A stretch of 63,839 nucleotides of DNA, filler included, from Octopus bimaculoides (lineage: Eukaryota): assembly GCF_001194135.2 (NCBI RefSeq). It is 9 parts of 9 records of this genome, joined end to end, with 100 filler letters (N's around TTAATTAATTAA, not from the genome) between each part and the next. Parts side by side here need not be neighbours in the genome. Positions count along the whole stretch, not along the records: positions 56,187 to 60,406 come from NC_068985.1; positions 60,507 to 61,795 come from NW_026375028.1; positions 61,896 to 63,839 come from NC_069001.1; 6 more parts are not named here. One strand, 5' to 3'. This document shows positions 59,603-63,839 of the stretch, one piece after another. Each line of letters opens with the position of its first letter. The stretch's first letter is position 1. The notes below the pieces were generated by a model. It had not been told where the DNA came from, did not search any database, and worked only from the letters and a program-made list of their open reading frames with translations. The translations under genes and the position numbers were made by a program.

Positions 59603-61149
59603 CTAAGATAAGATAGAAGAGAGAAAAAGTGAGAGAGAGAAGATGTGATAAGAATAGAGATTTTTGAGAAAGAGTGTAAAACGAGGTGACTATAAGGGAA
59701 GTTGAGTGAAAACTTAAGTAAAAGGGGAGATTTTCACCTTAGGTTCTAAGAATGTAAATAACTATATATATAACTATATAACTGTATATATATTTGTGTA
59801 TGTATACACCAATAGAAGACACCAATAGAATAAGTACTAGGCTTAAAAGAATAAGTCCCGGGGTCAATTTCTTTAACTAAAACTCTTTAAGGTAGTGCTC
59901 CAGTATGGCCACAGTCCAATGATTTAAACACGTAAAAGAGACACACACACATACTCATTCACTCACACACACACATGTACTTGCCAGGTAAGTAATTTGA
60001 CCGAGATCATGAGTTGATACTAAAACAATTATTACACGAAAACACATATTAACCATTACAGAACCATGTAAACACTGTTAACTTGAATATGGATCTTTTT
60101 GGTTTGACGGGCAACACTTGTTTTCTTAACAAAACACTTTCAAACTTGGGATACTGGTAGAATGTGTCATATAAAACATCTTTTTCTCTTAGCCTTCTTA
60201 ACAAAAATTAGTTCTTAATAAGTTATTTCATGTTAAAGTTGTCGTATTTCTTGATGTTGACAAATAATAAATGTAGTAAAAAGCTTTTGTGAGTTTTTAA
60301 ATAGCAAATATGTACCTTCCATACTGTAATTGTTTTATATACATACATGTGTGAGTGTGTGTGTGTGTGCGTATGTATGTACAAATATGTATATATCTGT
60401 GTGTGTNNNNNNNNNNNNNNNNNNNNNNNNNNNNNNNNNNNNNNNNNNNNTTAATTAATTAANNNNNNNNNNNNNNNNNNNNNNNNNNNNNNNNNNNNNN
60501 NNNNNNTATATGTATATATATATACACACACACATACAGATACAGTGAGAGAGAGAAAGCAAGAGAGATATGTACGCACATATGTATAATACAGCCATAT
60601 GTACATGATGTGTGTGCGTGTTTGTGCATATATATGTGCGTATGTTCACTCACACATAAACGAGTTCATACGTGTATATAACACATACGACCGCGTGTTT
60701 TTCGGGTATGGTGCGGGGATCGGTGCGAGGTAGCGGGTTGTCTGTCTGTGCGTATATACGTACAGACGCATGTAATCGCACACGCATGTGTAACCTTAAT
60801 CAAACAGACACACGTTCACCACACACACATGTAAGCACACGCACATATATATATATATATACATATATACATGCATATATACACACAAACAAGCCACAAT
60901 TATATAACGAGGGCGACATAAACGCGCGTGCCGCATCACCCCCTTCCCGCCTCTTACGCTTTAGCAGTTTAGTTAAATTCCCGCCAATTTTTTTTTTTTT
61001 TTAGGGCTTAAAAGTTATTTCGGGACGTGAAACACAAACACATTTCAAGATGTTGTTTTGCCCTCAATTCTCCACTGCAGTAGTCACGTGTTCAAATTTC
61101 GTCACAGTTAGGTATTCATTTTTTTCTATTTTTTCTTTTGTTCTTTTAT

Positions 61150-61365
61150 TTATTTCAGGCCTCTGACTGCGGCCATGCTGGAGCAACATTTTGAAGAGGT
61201 TTTATTTTTTAGTCGAACAAACAAACCCCAGGACGTATCTCTCTGTTTTTTAAAGCCTAGTACTTATTCTATTGGTCTCTATTGACCAACAGCTAGGTTA
61301 CGGGGACGTAAACACACCAACACCGGGTGTTGAGCGGTGATGTGGGGACAAACACAGACGCAAAA
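61150..61365 (-). mobile_element. SINE-B tail module (further tail-only copies at ~2090-2160, 27090-27192, 42530-42625, 59815-59940, 61660-61730)
   Basis: GACTGCGGCCATGCTGGAGCA..TTTTAGTCGAAC..AGCCTAGTACTTATTCTAT..GTTACGGGGACGTAAACAC. Confidence 0.7.
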
Positions 61366-61749
61366 ACAATCACAAATATATACGCATAAGTCTGCTCTAA
61401 TGAATCCATAAACACATGTAAAACATCCAAGAGTATATTTTTTCCCTCTGAAGATATTATGCTTACGCCATATAAATTTAATATTTACTGAGCAATAATT
61501 GAAACAGCTGTAAGGGATCATGATTAATTTGCTGTTAATAATAAACAATTATTAACTTCCCAATCTCCATTTTCTTTTTCTTTTTTTTATAAATATATAT
61601 ATATATATATGTGTGTGTGTGATAGATAGATAGATAGATAGATAGATAGACAGATAGATAGATTTGTCAAGGCTGTGTCCCAGCATGGCTGCACTCTATT
61701 CACTGAAACAAGTAAGAAGATAAACAAAAAGTGATATTTCGTATCGTTA

Positions 61750-61795
61750 AGGTGGCGAGCTGGCAGAAACGTTAGCACGCCGGGCGAAATGCTTA
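61750..61795 (+). mobile_element. SINE family A 5' end cut by a linker
   Basis: GGTGGCGAGCTGGCAGAAACGTTAGCACGCCGGGCGAAATGCTTA. Confidence 0.8.
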
Positions 61796-62228
61796 NNNNN
61801 NNNNNNNNNNNNNNNNNNNNNNNNNNNNNNNNNNNNNNNTTAATTAATTAANNNNNNNNNNNNNNNNNNNNNNNNNNNNNNNNNNNNNNNNNNNNGAGAA
61901 GGAGGATGATGTGAGGTGTGTGGGAGGTGATGATGGTGGTGGTGGCGGCGGTGGTGGTGGGTTTTTGTTGTGGTTGTAGTGGGGGCGAGGTAAAAGTGGG
62001 ATGAGGTGGAAATATAAAGACAGGCTGACCAAGTGGAGGATGAGGAAGAGGTAGAGAAAAAAAGGTGACAAAGATAGGTTTGTGTGTGTGTATGTGTGCG
62101 TATACATATATACATACACACAGCATATATAAGATATATATATATATACATGTATGTATATACATATTTACATCCAGCCATATGCACACTCACGTATATA
62201 TATATATATATATATGCATATGTATATA

Positions 62229-62260
<32 letters not shown>

Positions 62261-63026
62261 CACATATATGGGGTACAGTACGTCATATTTATATACATAT
62301 ATATGTGTGTAGAGAGANNNNNNNNNNNNNNNNNNNNNNNNNNNNNNNNNNNNNNNNNNNNNNNNNNNNNNNNNNNNNNNNNNNNNNNNNNNNNNNNNNN
62401 NNNNNNNNNNNNNNNNNNNNNNNNNNNNNNNNNNNNNNNNNNNNNNNNNNNNNNNNNNNNNNNNNNNNNNNNNNNNNNNNNNNNNNNNNNNNNNNNNNNN
62501 NNNNNNNNNNNNNNNNNNNNNNNNNNNNNNNNNNNNNNNNNNNNNNNNNNNNNNNNNNNNNNNNNNNNNNNNNNNNNNNNNNNNNNNNNNNNNNNNNNNN
62601 NNNNNNNNNNNNNNNNNNNNNNNNNNNNNNNNNNNNNNNNNNNNNNNNNNNNNNNNNNNNNNNNNNNNNNNNNNNNNNNNNNNNNNNNNNNNNNNNNNNN
62701 NNNNNNNNNNNNNNNNNNNNNNNNNNNNNNNNNNNNNNNNNNNNNNNNNNNNNNNNNNNNNNNNNNNNNNNNNNNNNNNNNNNNNNNNNNNNNNNNNNNN
62801 NNNNNNNNNNNNNNNNNNNNNNNNNNNNNNNNNNNNNNNNNNNNNNNNNNNNNNNNNNNNNNNNNNNNNNNNNNNNNNNNNNNNNNNNNNNNNNNNNNNN
62901 NNNNNNNNNNNNNNNNNNNNNNNNNNNNNNNNNNNNNNNNNNNNNNNNNNNNNNNNNNNNNNNNNNNNNNNNNNNNNNNNNNNNNNNNNNNNNNNNNNNN
63001 NNNNNNNNNNNNNNNNNNNNNNNNNN

Positions 63027-63090
63027 GAGCCGACCAAAAGCCTTGTGAGTGCATTTGGTAGACGGAAACTGGAAAGAAGCCCGTCGTATA
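63027..63090 (+). mobile_element. SINE family B 3' fragment
   Basis: GAGCCGACCAAAAGCCTTGTGAGTGCATTTGGTAGACGGAAACTGGAAAGAAGCCCGTCGTA. Confidence 0.8.
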
Positions 63091-63328
63091 TATATATATA
63101 TATATATTTTTTCTCCGTTTTCCTTCTCCTTTAACAACTACTACTACTACTACTACTACTACAACGACGACGACGACGACGACATAAAGTTACGATCACT
63201 TTGCCTCTCCAAGGTTTCTCAACTCACTGTCTTTTCCCTTCGTTAATCATAAAAACAACAAAAAACAACAACGCGAGGACGTGATACAGATGTTGTGTTA
63301 CTGGACGCTCGGGAAAGGAAAGAAAGAG

Positions 63329-63366
63329 AATTTGACGTTTCGAGCGGGGCTCTTCGTCGGAAACAT
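63329..63366 (-). ncRNA. Minimal type-I hammerhead motif, second family
   Basis: Minus strand AUGUUU-CCGACGA-A-GAGC-CCC-GCUC-GAAA-CGUC-AAAUU: stem II GAGC/GCUC, palindromic ACGU stem III, GUC cleavage triplet, stem I GUUU/AAAU. The core has U4>C. Confidence 0.55.
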
Positions 63367-63839
63367 AGGAAAGTCCAAAGAAGTGAAGACGGAGGAAGAA
63401 AAAAAATCGCCATGTAATTATGTATATATATATATATACACTCACACATACACACATACTTACCTAGATAATACATACATACATACGCAGACACACAAGC
63501 ACGTACACTCACCCATTTAAAGGCAACGGCTGAGAATTTAATATAAATGATATGAAAAAAAACGGCTGTGGATTTATCTATCATTACGTTTCTGTACGTA
63601 TGCGCGTGTCTGTCTGCTCACAAGTGTATGCATGTGTGTATATATATACACAAGGTTAAACACACCGGTATGCACCAGGAAGAGCTCTAGGTACTTGAGC
63701 CAGAGTAAGCGATGCTTAAAACGAAAGCCATAAAACTGAAGTAGGGTAGGGATAAAAATTTTATGCTTTATTGTCTCCGTTTATGCATCATCGTTTGTCT
63801 TGCAATCCTGCTACATACATGCACATATATATATATATA

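Overview
AT-rich, repeat-saturated animal genomic DNA with no recognisable intact host gene. The tRNA-derived SINE families and microsatellite load suggest an octopod cephalopod (Octopus-like); this is inferred, not verified by search. The window is a mosaic of nine pieces joined by eight artificial 100-bp linkers (N44-TTAATTAATTAA-N44), so adjacency across linkers is not evidence of true neighbourhood. It contains: (i) a ~17.8-kb CpG-dense cryptic tetranucleotide satellite (GTWC/GWAC units, 7840-25660) with five strand-polarity switches and higher-order repeats, which produces nearly all of the long RSFV/RTYV/NERT ORFs (artefacts); (ii) three minimal type-I hammerhead-ribozyme motifs in short Penelope-type repeats (99-147 minus, degenerate; 48753-48806 plus, best preserved; 63329-63366 minus); (iii) a Penelope-like (Naiad-like) RT with a 332-codon open frame; (iv) decayed RTE and R4/Dong-type LINEs, a gag/ORF1-only remnant, a complete non-autonomous Helitron nested in the RTE, and several Tc1/mariner-superfamily remnants and MITEs, one with DD36E spacing; (v) many SINEs and microsatellites. 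All assignments come from manual reading and translation; no database searches were run.
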